DNA of 63,221 nt, filler included, from an uncultured bacterium (GTDB lineage: Bacteria > JAGOEH01), in the NCBI GenBank assembly GCA_964632485.1. It is 4 parts of 4 records of this genome, joined end to end, with 100 filler letters (N's around TTAATTAATTAA, not from the genome) between each part and the next. Parts side by side here need not be neighbours in the genome. Positions count along the whole stretch, not along the records: positions 17,284 to 34,047 come from CAZWDO010000041.1; positions 34,148 to 50,091 come from CAZWDO010000042.1; 2 more parts are not named here. One strand, given 5' to 3'. How positions within the stretch are numbered: the first letter of the stretch is position 1; each line of letters begins with the position of its first letter. Below the pieces are notes generated by a model. That model did no database searches. It saw only the letters and a list, made by a program, of their open reading frames with translations, and had not been told where the DNA came from. A program made the position numbers and the translations under genes. This document shows positions 29,313 to 38,295 of this stretch, in pieces.

Positions 29313-29606
29313 CTATTTGATTGCAGCGACCTTTGATTTCTCAATGTATCTTTCAAGATCGCTGCGTTTCACACGGATGGCGCCATGGAAGTTGAAGCTG
29401 TCAATTTTGCGAAGTCGAATGAGTTCATAGCCAACACTCATGGATATATTCAATTCCCGACATAAGTCTCGGACTTTCAGATATTCGCATTCATTTTTAG
29501 CTTTATCATTACTGCCCACAGATGCAGCAAACGTCTTGGATTTCCGGTTTTGCTTGGCTTGTTTGGCCTGATACTGATCGATCCGGTTTTGGAGGTACTT
29601 TTGCAT
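29313..29606 (-). CDS. Excisionase-family HTH (HTH_17) protein
   Basis: YLKVRDLCRELNISMSVGYELIRLRKIDSFNFHGAIRVKRSDLERYIE; AAGGAG RBS. Confidence 0.85.
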   Translation of the reverse strand: MQKYLQNRIDQYQAKQAKQNRKSKTFAASVGSNDKAKNECEYLKVRDLCRELNISMSVGYELIRLRKIDSFNFHGAIRVKRSDLERYIEKSKVAAIK

Positions 29607-29644
29607 AATGCTCTCCTTGTATATGGAATTGGGAGTAAACGCGC

Positions 29645-29679
29645 AAAAAAACGGATGGTGAATGGTTTTCGCCATTCCG
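29645..29679 (-). terminator. Intrinsic terminator inside the element
   Basis: Minus strand CGGAATGGCGAA-AACCA-TTCACCATCCG-TTTTTTT. Confidence 0.65.
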
Positions 29680-29814
29680 GGTTCAGGGTCTATATTTGTT
29701 TATCATGGGTTTATATGTTGATAATGATGGTGTTGACCCTTCCCAAAGTGTAGCTCAATCATGCCGTGATCATTACGGCGCTCGAATCATCAAGGAACCC
29801 CCCTTCGTTTTGAT

Positions 29815-30450
29815 CTATATTTTAAAGGTATTGATTATTGGAGTTAAACGAAACGTTGAATCGTTTTTACGGCTCGGGGGTAGCACCTGGATGCCGGGAA
29901 CGATGTCCAGCACCAAGCCTTGGCCGCGCTTAATCGTGCACTCCAGCCGATAGCGATACGGGATGCGGAGTTGAATGACGAACAGCTTGCTGAACGGCTT
30001 TTGAATATGGGTGACAATCTGATAAACGTTATGAGATTTGGAGACCAGCATTTCCAGCGACATGCCCCCGAATCTGAGCAAGTTCGCTGCCACGTTGAAA
30101 TACGGTTGCAGGTCGTTGACATCGATGCGCGGCTGATTGGGATAGTCGCCTTCAATGACGGTTTCAGGGCAACTGATTTTCAGCATGTTGCGATTGATCC
30201 AGGTATAATTGATCTGGACGGGAAGCTGGATGCTTATATCGGCCAGCGTGTTTTCGTATTCGATATGGTTGTCCGGCGTGATGCCGAGACACTCGACCTT
30301 CGCGCCATTTAGCAGGGTGCATGGGTCTGTATATGGCAAAACGCCAATATGATAATTCAACATTGAATTTATCCTTTGTTTACGATTTTTAAAATTGAAC
30401 ATAATATTAAACGGCCCCAATGCATAGACTTCCAACGGTTTTGCTTTCAA
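29815..30450 (-). CDS. Hypothetical protein of the integrative element
   Basis: 211-aa ORF co-oriented with the operon; start uncertain. Confidence 0.5.
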   Translation of the reverse strand: MKAKPLEVYALGPFNIMFNFKNRKQRINSMLNYHIGVLPYTDPCTLLNGAKVECLGITPDNHIEYENTLADISIQLPVQINYTWINRNMLKISCPETVIEGDYPNQPRIDVNDLQPYFNVAANLLRFGGMSLEMLVSKSHNVYQIVTHIQKPFSKLFVIQLRIPYRYRLECTIKRGQGLVLDIVPGIQVLPPSRKNDSTFRLTPIINTFKI

Positions 30451-30596
30451 CGGCCGAAGGAACTATGAGAGATTATTGAAGGTGTGGAATGGAACGGGGG
30501 AGCCCGGATCATACGTGCCTCCTGACTGAGGGTGAGATGTGATGGGAAATTATTGATAAATGCGAAACGGAATATTTCAACCCACAGTCAATCGCT

Positions 30597-31475
30597 TCAA
30601 TCGCCGAGAAAACCCAGTCGGTATTGGATGTTCTTGCCGGAACCTCGATACTTCAACGGTTGAAGCAACCCCATATAATAGGCGATGGCTGCCATGTCGT
30701 CTATCATACCGCATAACCGCTTGTAGTTCCCACTGAGATAATACTCGCTGAGATACAGATTGCGGGACAGCGCTTCCAGGCCGATGCTCAGATCGCTGTG
30801 ATTCTTATTCCGCTTGCGCAAGGCTTTCATGTAATAGAGCCAATCGCAGAAAGCCACAATTGACTGCGTCAGCCGTGTTTTACCGATCTTCTTGATTGCT
30901 GCCTTCAACCGGGCATAATAATCGGACGGTTTCAGCAGGAAATAGGATTCAATCTGATCCACAACGATAGGAGCGACCGCCAGGGTTAGAAACCGTCGCC
31001 CATGCAACTGATCCGCCGATTCCAGATAATCGCCTACGTCGTCCATTAAGGCGAACAAGTTGCTTATGGTATTGACGCGATACGTTTTCCCATTTTTACT
31101 TTTCTTCGCGTATTGAAAATGGAATTTCTTGTGGCTTAGATTCCAAAGTGTGTCGATTAGACGACGCTGGTCATAGTTGCTGCGTAATGACGAGCCGTCG
31201 GGCATCCCATACAATGCGCTGCGCTTGAAGCGGAATACGGGTAGCGACCCCTTGTAATAAAACGCGTTGCTATCGCATGGAATTTCAATACTGCTGTTGG
31301 CGCTGTACTGGCAGGAATTCATCAGATACTGAAGCTGAAAAAGCAACCTGGCCTCCTCGAAAGTCAGCGTCAACCGGGGGCCGTATTGTTTGGTTTGGAA
31401 TTTCTGCGATTCCAGGTGGCATGGAATGCGAACCATTCCGTGAGAAATCGCTTCATCCGTTTGATCATGGTTCAT
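30597..31475 (-). CDS. Hypothetical protein, possible replication initiator
   Basis: 292 aa, basic, two nt after the helicase stop; function inferred only from position. Confidence 0.5.
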   Translation of the reverse strand: MNHDQTDEAISHGMVRIPCHLESQKFQTKQYGPRLTLTFEEARLLFQLQYLMNSCQYSANSSIEIPCDSNAFYYKGSLPVFRFKRSALYGMPDGSSLRSNYDQRRLIDTLWNLSHKKFHFQYAKKSKNGKTYRVNTISNLFALMDDVGDYLESADQLHGRRFLTLAVAPIVVDQIESYFLLKPSDYYARLKAAIKKIGKTRLTQSIVAFCDWLYYMKALRKRNKNHSDLSIGLEALSRNLYLSEYYLSGNYKRLCGMIDDMAAIAYYMGLLQPLKYRGSGKNIQYRLGFLGD

Positions 31476-31477
31476 AT

Positions 31478-32560
31478 CTATCCTTTGTTGGCGCGAGCCT
31501 GGGACTTGGTTTTACCGGAGCCGCGCTTCGTTGATTGCCAATCGGCAGGAACCGGTTCCGCAGCCGCTGTCGCCGTTGAATCCTCTTCAGCATCGATTTT
31601 GTTGTATGGTTCGTATATATATCCGTCAAACGTGAACTTCTGTTCGAAGCTCCCACAGGGGAAAAATCGGGATTTTTCGATATAGATCGACATGACGTCT
31701 TTGCCATGAACCGTTCTTGAACAATATTTGGCTTTCTTGGTTGAACTGGATGCCGGGCGCTTGTTTTTCGGATGCGAATTCATGAAGACAGTGATGACGT
31801 TGCTGGCGGCATTGTAGATATCCTTGGCCTGCCGGGTGTCGCCGTTTTCATTGAGCTGGCTGGCGGTGAATATGATGACATTGTTTTCCACGGCGATTCG
31901 CTCCAACTTGTAGGCCAGTTCCGCGAAATATTCCCAGCCTGACATTTGGATCGTTTCGGATTGGAGCAACTGCACATAATCGATAAAGAAGAACAACTGA
32001 TGTCCCTTGCGCTGGAAATAATCGATCAGTGGATGGATACGTTCCAGATTCAGTCCATCCAACATCAGCAAGCGTTCATCATGGGCATATTGAATAAATT
32101 GCGACAATATCTCCTCATTGCGAAAGAACTCATTTTTCCGAATTCGATAGATCAGGTCTTTATCATCCAGCCGTGCCAGGATATTGATGAATTTGGCGAT
32201 GGTCATGGTATAGCTGGCTTCCAGTCCGATATAGATACATTGGGCGGTGGAATGCGAACGTAGCAGCGAGGCCATAACATTCATCATCAGCGTGGTTTTC
32301 GAGTGATTGGACTGGCCGGCGATGATGTTCAGCTCTCCGGGATAGAATTGAATGCCTAGATCGATTCCGGCGAGCGTCATTTTGTAAGCTTCTCGCTTGA
32401 ACATATCATCTAGCAAATTGACAAGGGACCCCTCATTTAAAGATTGAAACCACTGGATCGATTCCATGAGTGGATTATGTTGATTGTGAACCAATTGGGG
32501 TACTTTTGGAACCGGCTGATTAAAAGCCGGGTCAGGAGTTAATTGGTCTTGAATGGACAT
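31478..32560 (-). CDS. DnaB-like (SF4) helicase, C-terminal RecA-fold domain only
   Basis: PGELNIIAGQSNHSKTT (Walker A variant), YIGLE, FFIDYVQLL (Walker B), ASQLN, IEKSR. Confidence 0.88.
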   Translation of the reverse strand: MSIQDQLTPDPAFNQPVPKVPQLVHNQHNPLMESIQWFQSLNEGSLVNLLDDMFKREAYKMTLAGIDLGIQFYPGELNIIAGQSNHSKTTLMMNVMASLLRSHSTAQCIYIGLEASYTMTIAKFINILARLDDKDLIYRIRKNEFFRNEEILSQFIQYAHDERLLMLDGLNLERIHPLIDYFQRKGHQLFFFIDYVQLLQSETIQMSGWEYFAELAYKLERIAVENNVIIFTASQLNENGDTRQAKDIYNAASNVITVFMNSHPKNKRPASSSTKKAKYCSRTVHGKDVMSIYIEKSRFFPCGSFEQKFTFDGYIYEPYNKIDAEEDSTATAAAEPVPADWQSTKRGSGKTKSQARANKG

Positions 32561-32573
32561 AATAATATTCCTT

Positions 32574-33608
32574 TCATCCGGTTGTGATTAATTCATTGAC
32601 GTCTTTGCCCTGCCGGGTGAGCATCACCTGGGCATGGGGAAAATGGTTGTGAAATTGGACGGCTGCATTCCATCCGGCCTCATCGTTGTCGCGGATGAAA
32701 ATCGGATTCAATTTGGCCAAAGAGTGCATCAACGGCGTATCATCATATGGGAAATTACCCGATCCCAAAAATCCCACCGCCGGCAATCCCTCTCCCATCA
32801 AAGTCAGTGCATCGATGACGCCTTCGACAACATAGATTGCATCGCCTGGTTTCAAGTGGAACACCACATCGCGATTGAACAGTACCTTGTTTGGAAAGCT
32901 GTTGGCGGTGTTGCGATAGCGGGGCGAACAGTCCGGCGCCATGCTCCGCGCCTGAATCATCACGATTTCGCCATTGATTTCAATGGGGAAGGCAATGAAC
33001 GGCTGACCGCTTTCGGTAAACGGCTTGAAATTCATTATCCCGGATAGGGTTACAATATGACCGTCAAAATCCTGATATAAATCATCCATGACCCGCTTGT
33101 AATCGGCGGGCTCGACATCGAACACCCGTTTCTCTATTAGCAAGTCAAGCTGGAGCCCGCGTTCATCGACCAGGTACGATTCGCTGTCGCACGAGAGTTC
33201 CTGAAAGCGGTCGTAGAAAGTGCGGAAGACGCTGCGTATGAGTTGTCGCTGCCGGTTGTCGATAGAGGGTGAATCGGGAGGACGGATAGCGGTTGGACGG
33301 CTTGTCAGCGTTTTCTGGGTACATGTAGGGGTAGATATATTGTCAATTTGAAATTGACGGGCGAGAAACGTAACGGCCTCTTGAAAATTGCACCGGTAAT
33401 AATATCGGACCAGATCGATGCCATCTCCGCCCTTTTGACAAACCGGACAAAAAAACCGATTGGTCTTTGTGATAAAGACGCTGGGGTGCTTGTCGTGGTG
33501 GTTGTGATTCTCAGGAGCCCAGCATTTAAAATTGGTCTTATCGAGCGGAATATTCAGAACTGCCAAGATATCGGCTATGGGAATCGATTTAAACTTGGAA
33601 TAATCCAT
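32574..33608 (-). CDS. DnaG-type primase (CHC2 zinc finger + TOPRIM)
   Basis: CWAPENH..DKHPS..FFCPVC.KGGDGIDL; YLVDERGL; VVEGVIDALTL; DNDEAG; KDVNE. Confidence 0.92.
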   Translation of the reverse strand: MDYSKFKSIPIADILAVLNIPLDKTNFKCWAPENHNHHDKHPSVFITKTNRFFCPVCQKGGDGIDLVRYYYRCNFQEAVTFLARQFQIDNISTPTCTQKTLTSRPTAIRPPDSPSIDNRQRQLIRSVFRTFYDRFQELSCDSESYLVDERGLQLDLLIEKRVFDVEPADYKRVMDDLYQDFDGHIVTLSGIMNFKPFTESGQPFIAFPIEINGEIVMIQARSMAPDCSPRYRNTANSFPNKVLFNRDVVFHLKPGDAIYVVEGVIDALTLMGEGLPAVGFLGSGNFPYDDTPLMHSLAKLNPIFIRDNDEAGWNAAVQFHNHFPHAQVMLTRQGKDVNELITTG

Positions 33609-33625
33609 GCGGAACCTCCACCAAT

Positions 33626-33661
33626 AAAAAAGGGGCGGCGATCAACGAATATCGCCACCCC
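33626..33661 (-). terminator. Intrinsic terminator just upstream of the primase RBS
   Basis: Minus strand GGGGTGGCGAT-8 nt-ATCGCCGCCCC-TTTTTT, then GGAGG and ATG 33608. Confidence 0.75.
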
Positions 33662-33713
33662 GAGTGAGGGATGTATGAAGAATGAGATACGTTTTACCAG
33701 GAATATTCAGTCG

Positions 33714-33944
33714 TTACGCGTGTGTCGCGCCAACGTCCTCCTGGATTTGGTATTGACCGCCAAATACGCGCGACGTCCAGTCGTTCGCGTTCAGCATAAT
33801 CTTCTTCCCGACCCGAAACGAGGGAATATTATATTGCTCGATCATTTCATAGATTTTCGAGCGGGAGATTTTAAACATACGAGAAATTTCAGATGTCGTC
33901 ATCAAATCGACTTCCAGGCCATTTTCATCGACAATTTTTTTCAT
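33714..33944 (-). CDS. Excisionase/AlpA-like HTH protein
   Basis: LMTTSEISRMFKISRSKIYEMIEQYNIPSFRVGKKI; AAAGGAA RBS. Confidence 0.85.
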   Translation of the reverse strand: MKKIVDENGLEVDLMTTSEISRMFKISRSKIYEMIEQYNIPSFRVGKKIMLNANDWTSRVFGGQYQIQEDVGATHA

Positions 33945-34047
33945 TGCGTTGGTTCCTTTTTTCTAAGAAGGGTTGTTCAGTTCACATGGATAGGGAAAAT
34001 AGAAAAATCAGAGATAGCTAAGTCATACGGTAACTCCTCTCATTCTG

Positions 34048-34147
34048 NNNNNNNNNNNNNNNNNNNNNNNNNNNNNNNNNNNNNNNNNNNNTTAATTAAT
34101 TAANNNNNNNNNNNNNNNNNNNNNNNNNNNNNNNNNNNNNNNNNNNN
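34048..34147. other. Artificial contig linker
   Basis: N44-TTAATTAATTAA-N44. Confidence 0.98.
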
Positions 34148-34450
34148 TGGCCTATCCCACTCCTGATACTACGCTCTTTATATTTCCGTGAAAATCTATG
34201 ATAATTATAAAACGCGATTTCCTTACATGTGTTTTATGTCTGAATGGTTAGCATATCATAACATAATTGAAGATATTAATAACGCCGATTTTACTTTAAT
34301 CAAACCAAACGGAGAAGAAATTATCGTTTCTATTCCGGCAATAGAATTTTACCCTTATTTTCTCTGGTCAAATGTTTTTTATGTCGAAAACAATACGAAT
34401 CCGTCAACTGGTCATTTTACGATTTTCACTAAGCGATTTCGTGGCTGTAT

Positions 34451-34915
34451 TCATGCAATCGCCTCCGGCCGCTCGAGGTTTTCGGGCAAGCATTCAACAA
34501 ATCGGCGGATTTCATCGCGCACTCGGCGGTAATGTCCCAACACCTCTTCCTCATCGGCGGCATCACGCGCCAGACGCGGCGGATCGTCGAACCCGACATG
34601 CGCCCGTTTGACCTTGCCGGGGAATACAGGGCAGGTTTCATTGGCATGATCGCAGACCGTTATCACATAGTCAAACGGGATTGGCAACAATTCGCGAACA
34701 TGTTTGGAAATATGAGCGGAAATATCCACGCCCGCTTCAGCCATGACCCGAACCGCCAGCGGGTTGAGTCCGTGGATTTCCACTCCGGCGGAATACGCCT
34801 CTAAACGGTCGCCGCGCAAATGGCGCGCCCAGCCTTCCGCCATCTGACTGCGGCATGAATTGCCAGTGCATAAAAATAAAATTTTCATTTTAGGTTTTAA
34901 ACTCTCGGTTGACAT
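34451..34915 (-). CDS. arsC: Thioredoxin-coupled arsenate reductase (LMW-PTP fold)
   Basis: CTGNSCRSQMAEG P-loop, VITVCDHANETCP, FDDPP. Confidence 0.93.
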   Translation of the reverse strand: MSTESLKPKMKILFLCTGNSCRSQMAEGWARHLRGDRLEAYSAGVEIHGLNPLAVRVMAEAGVDISAHISKHVRELLPIPFDYVITVCDHANETCPVFPGKVKRAHVGFDDPPRLARDAADEEEVLGHYRRVRDEIRRFVECLPENLERPEAIA

Positions 34916-35011
34916 AAACTCTCCCTGCTATTGAATTCGTGGAAACGAAAACGGCCGCTATACACGGGCCGGGGATTTGATCCGCATACGGACCCGCGCA
35001 TGGAGGACACG

Positions 35012-35719
35012 TTAAAACGGACTCGAAGTCAAAAAAAATGCCTTAACCGTCAGATAGATACCGATCCCGATCAGGATAACAGCCATCGCCGGTCGGGTCC
35101 AGCGCTCAAAACTGGTCACGCGCCGAAACAAGCGGGCAGCGAACTGAATACTCACGGTGAGAGTGAAGGCGAAAATTATCACCGGCAGCGCTGTGCCGAT
35201 GCCATATAGCAACGGCAGCAGGATATACGACTGACTGGAAAAGGCCAGGGGGACGAGACTGCCGAAAAACAGAGCGGCCGAAACCGGACAGAAGGTCAAG
35301 GCGAACAACGCGCCCATCATAAACGCGCCGAAGAGTCCAAACCGCCTGGTCAATCTCTCCAATCGTTCGGTATTGGATACGCCGCCGCCGAAACTAATAG
35401 GGATAATATTCAGCAGCAAAATGCCGGTCATGATCAATACGGGGCCAATCCATTTCTGGAAATGAGTCTGCAGAAAAAAAGAGAGCTGGGGAACCGAAAG
35501 CAGGCTGCCCACTACCAGTATGCTCAGACACCAATAGACGATAACGCGCCCCAGCGTATAAAAAAAACCATTCAGCGCCAGATGCTTCTGGTTGCCGATC
35601 TGCTTGCCGATGAAGGAGATGGCGGCGATATTGGTCGCCAGGGGACAGGGGCTGATCGATGTCAGAATGCCCAGCCACACAGCAGTTGTCGCCGCAGTCC
35701 ATAAAGATACAGTTTCCAT
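35012..35719 (-). CDS. arsG: ArsG-family aromatic arsenical efflux permease (DsbD/CcdA-like)
   Basis: LTSISPCPLATNIAAISF and ALTFCPVSAALFFG; six TM helices; ars operon context. Confidence 0.8.
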   Translation of the reverse strand: METVSLWTAATTAVWLGILTSISPCPLATNIAAISFIGKQIGNQKHLALNGFFYTLGRVIVYWCLSILVVGSLLSVPQLSFFLQTHFQKWIGPVLIMTGILLLNIIPISFGGGVSNTERLERLTRRFGLFGAFMMGALFALTFCPVSAALFFGSLVPLAFSSQSYILLPLLYGIGTALPVIIFAFTLTVSIQFAARLFRRVTSFERWTRPAMAVILIGIGIYLTVKAFFLTSSPF

Positions 35720-35735
35720 ACCTCAGGCACCTTTG

Positions 35736-36200
35736 TTAATTGGTTAAATATTGACGGAGTTCATCGACCATGTAAGCGCGGAATTTCTGCTCATTGTAAA
35801 CCAGTTCCCATACTTTTTCCAGGTTCTTCCAGGCGATAGTTTTCTCACCCTGTCGTTTCTCGATGATGACCGATTTGGAATAGAGTTGAAAATCCTGAAT
35901 ATAATGCTTATTTAGGGGTTCATCGACATTGATGGCGCGCCAAATGATTTTTTTATTCGTCAGTTCATCGCGAAAATTGTCCTCAATGCTTTTTTGGGCG
36001 AATTCTTCGATCTTTTTGCAGGTATAGCAGCGTTGAGAGGTATAGAAATAGGTGGCGACGATCTGGAAATCGTCGGTTTGAGCGGCGGCGGCGGCAGGGC
36101 TTGGGGCGGCGCCGCCAGCTTTCTTTTCTTCTCCGCCGCGACAAAAAACAGATGTGAGTAGGGAAAAAGCGACGATCAGGGCATAGGTCAAGATTTTCAT
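35736..36200 (-). CDS. arsF: ArsF-family thioredoxin-fold protein
   Basis: Signal/lipoprotein N-terminus; YFYTSQRCYTCKKIE; WKNLEKVWEL. Confidence 0.78.
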   Translation of the reverse strand: MKILTYALIVAFSLLTSVFCRGGEEKKAGGAAPSPAAAAAQTDDFQIVATYFYTSQRCYTCKKIEEFAQKSIEDNFRDELTNKKIIWRAINVDEPLNKHYIQDFQLYSKSVIIEKRQGEKTIAWKNLEKVWELVYNEQKFRAYMVDELRQYLTN

Positions 36201-36204
36201 TAGG

Positions 36205-36486
36205 TTACTCCTGGTTACATTGAGCGCGAGTTGATTGACCGCTATAATTGGCGCTGAGACGGCAGATTTCATCAACGGAAAGGACTTTGCCCACGGATTT
36301 AACTTCTCTGTCGATGACCAGGGCGGGCGTCATCATCACGCCCATGTTCAAGATGGTCTCCATATCCGTCACTTTTTCCACTTCAAAATGAGCCGTCATT
36401 TGCAGACGCTGCAGGGCTTCCTCCACATGCTGGGCAAGTTTCTTGCATTTCGGACACCCCGATCCGAGAATTTGAATCTTTTTCAT
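36205..36486 (-). CDS. MTH895/ArsE-family small thioredoxin-like protein
   Basis: IQILGSGCPKC, EKVTD, GVMMTPALVID. Confidence 0.9.
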   Translation of the reverse strand: MKKIQILGSGCPKCKKLAQHVEEALQRLQMTAHFEVEKVTDMETILNMGVMMTPALVIDREVKSVGKVLSVDEICRLSANYSGQSTRAQCNQE

Positions 36487-36532
36487 GGAATTATCCTTTC
36501 TATGTAAATTAGTTAGCTACGGTGTTCATAGC

Positions 36533-37828
36533 TTATAGTTGTCCGAAAATCAGGCCGGAAATGGTGGCCATGATCACGACCAATGCCACATATACTAATG
36601 TTTTGCGAGTACCCAACACTCCGCGGATCACCAGCATAGAGGGCAGGGAGAGGGCGGGGCCCGCCAACAGGAGAGCCAGGGCCGGACCCTTGCCCATGCC
36701 ACTGCCGATCAGTCCCTGCAGAATCGGCACCTCGGTCAGGGTGGCGAAATACATAAACGCCCCGGCGACCGAAGCGAACAAATTGGCGGAAAATGAATTG
36801 CCGCCCACTGCCGCCGCTACCCACTCCGAGGGAATCACACCTTCATGGCCGGGCCTGCCCAGCAGAAAACCGGCGATCAATACGCCATAGACCAACAGTG
36901 GCAGAATCTGCCTGGTATAGTCCCAACTCGCGCTGAACCACTCGCCGCCCTCGCCGGGATCGCCGCTGGTTGTCCAGGCCAGCGCCAGACTGGCCAGGGC
37001 AAAGGGTATCAAGGGTTCGTGGGGGAAGATGAAAGCCGAGATCGAAACGGTCGCCGCGCCCGCTCCGATTTTCCAGCAGGAAAGGCGGAACCAGCGGATC
37101 AGGATCAGGGCCAGCAAAGCGCCGAAGCCGGCGGTCAAATACCATTTATAGCTATGCGCCAGGTTGAAAAACGAGCGAGGATCATCGCTTTTTCCCCAGT
37201 TGGCGAAAACCAATATCGCCACCATGGCCCCGAAATAGGCGACATTCTGCCAAAGGGGGCGGCGATGTTCATCCTCGGGAATCGCCAGAATTGCATTTTG
37301 GCGCTGCGTTTCCTCGCGCCGAAAAATTAGGTGCATCAGCAGACCGATTACTATGCTGAACAAAATCGCTCCTATGGCGCGGGCTATGCCCAGTTCCAAT
37401 CCCAGCACACGCGCGGTGAGAATGATAGCCAACACATTGATGGCCGGGCCGGAATAAAGGAAGGCGACGGCCGGGCCCAAACCCGCCCCGCGCCTGTAGA
37501 TGCCGCTGAAAAGCGGCAACACGGTGCAGGAACAGACGGCCAGGATCGTTCCCGAGACGGATGCGACTCCATAGGCCAGAAACCTGTTGGCTTGCGCTCC
37601 CAGGTATCTCATCACTGCGCCCTGACTGACAAAGACCGTGATCCCGCCGGCGATGAAAAACGCCGGTACCAGACACAACAATACATGCTCGCGCGCGTAC
37701 CATTTCACCAGATGAAACGACTCCATCACCGCGCCCTGGAAACGCGGAAACTCAACCGGCAAAAAAAATAACAACAAAAACCCGCCCACGATCGCCGCTA
37801 ATGTTTTCCACTCCTCGCGCCAATTCAT
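36533..37828 (-). CDS. arsP: ArsP (DUF318) permease
   Basis: HVLLCLVPAFFIAG, LAVCSCTVLPLF, FLYSGPAIN, MYFATLTEVPI, GPALSLPSM. Confidence 0.9.
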   Translation of the reverse strand: MNWREEWKTLAAIVGGFLLLFFLPVEFPRFQGAVMESFHLVKWYAREHVLLCLVPAFFIAGGITVFVSQGAVMRYLGAQANRFLAYGVASVSGTILAVCSCTVLPLFSGIYRRGAGLGPAVAFLYSGPAINVLAIILTARVLGLELGIARAIGAILFSIVIGLLMHLIFRREETQRQNAILAIPEDEHRRPLWQNVAYFGAMVAILVFANWGKSDDPRSFFNLAHSYKWYLTAGFGALLALILIRWFRLSCWKIGAGAATVSISAFIFPHEPLIPFALASLALAWTTSGDPGEGGEWFSASWDYTRQILPLLVYGVLIAGFLLGRPGHEGVIPSEWVAAAVGGNSFSANLFASVAGAFMYFATLTEVPILQGLIGSGMGKGPALALLLAGPALSLPSMLVIRGVLGTRKTLVYVALVVIMATISGLIFGQL

Positions 37829-38163
37829 AACATCACCCCCCGCAAGGCGCATTGACGACGCTCAATCGACTCGCTCAACACCGTTTCAAAACAAGCAAAA
37901 AAACCGGTCACACACGGTACGGCCAATTCATAGTAGATCGTAGTTCCCTGTTTGCGAGTTCGGACAATGCCCGCGCCCTTGAGAAGCGACAAATGTTTGG
38001 ATACCGTGGACATATCATGGCCAATCGCATCAGTTAGCTCGCAGACACATTTCTCGCCCTGGGCCAGCATATCGATGATATATAGCCGGGTGGGGTGGGC
38101 CAGGCTCTTGACGATACGAGCGCGTTCCTCGTAATTGATTTGCATTTCAGGACTCATAGCCAT
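37825..38163 (-). CDS. arsR: ArsR/SmtB metalloregulator
   Basis: KSLAHPTRL, EKCVCEL, STVSKHLSLLK; extra C-terminal Cys residues; start 38163 or 38157. Confidence 0.92.
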   Translation of the reverse strand: MAMSPEMQINYEERARIVKSLAHPTRLYIIDMLAQGEKCVCELTDAIGHDMSTVSKHLSLLKGAGIVRTRKQGTTIYYELAVPCVTGFFACFETVLSESIERRQCALRGVML

Positions 38164-38184
38164 CAACCTTTCGTTTAATTTCTT

Positions 38185-38220
38185 ATTTGGCAATATAACC
38201 AAATTGAATGCGCTTGTCAA
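38185..38220 (-). promoter_or_regulatory. ars promoter with overlapping ArsR operator
   Basis: Minus strand TTGACA-17 bp-TATATT; inverted repeat ATTTGG-N8-CCAAAT (38185-38204) straddles the -10. Confidence 0.75.
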
Positions 38221-38295
38221 GTGGAAAAATCAAAAAGATGCAAAAAAAAATATCCAGCGCTCTATGAATTCAACAAGAAATGAGGAACTGAGAGG

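Noticed and set aside
33348..34103. 251-aa plus-strand ORF
   Set aside because: Antisense to the primase and HTH genes, and runs into the N linker.
34148..34532. Partial plus-strand ORF at the contig start
   Set aside because: Likely a real gene fragment but truncated, overlapping arsC and unassignable.
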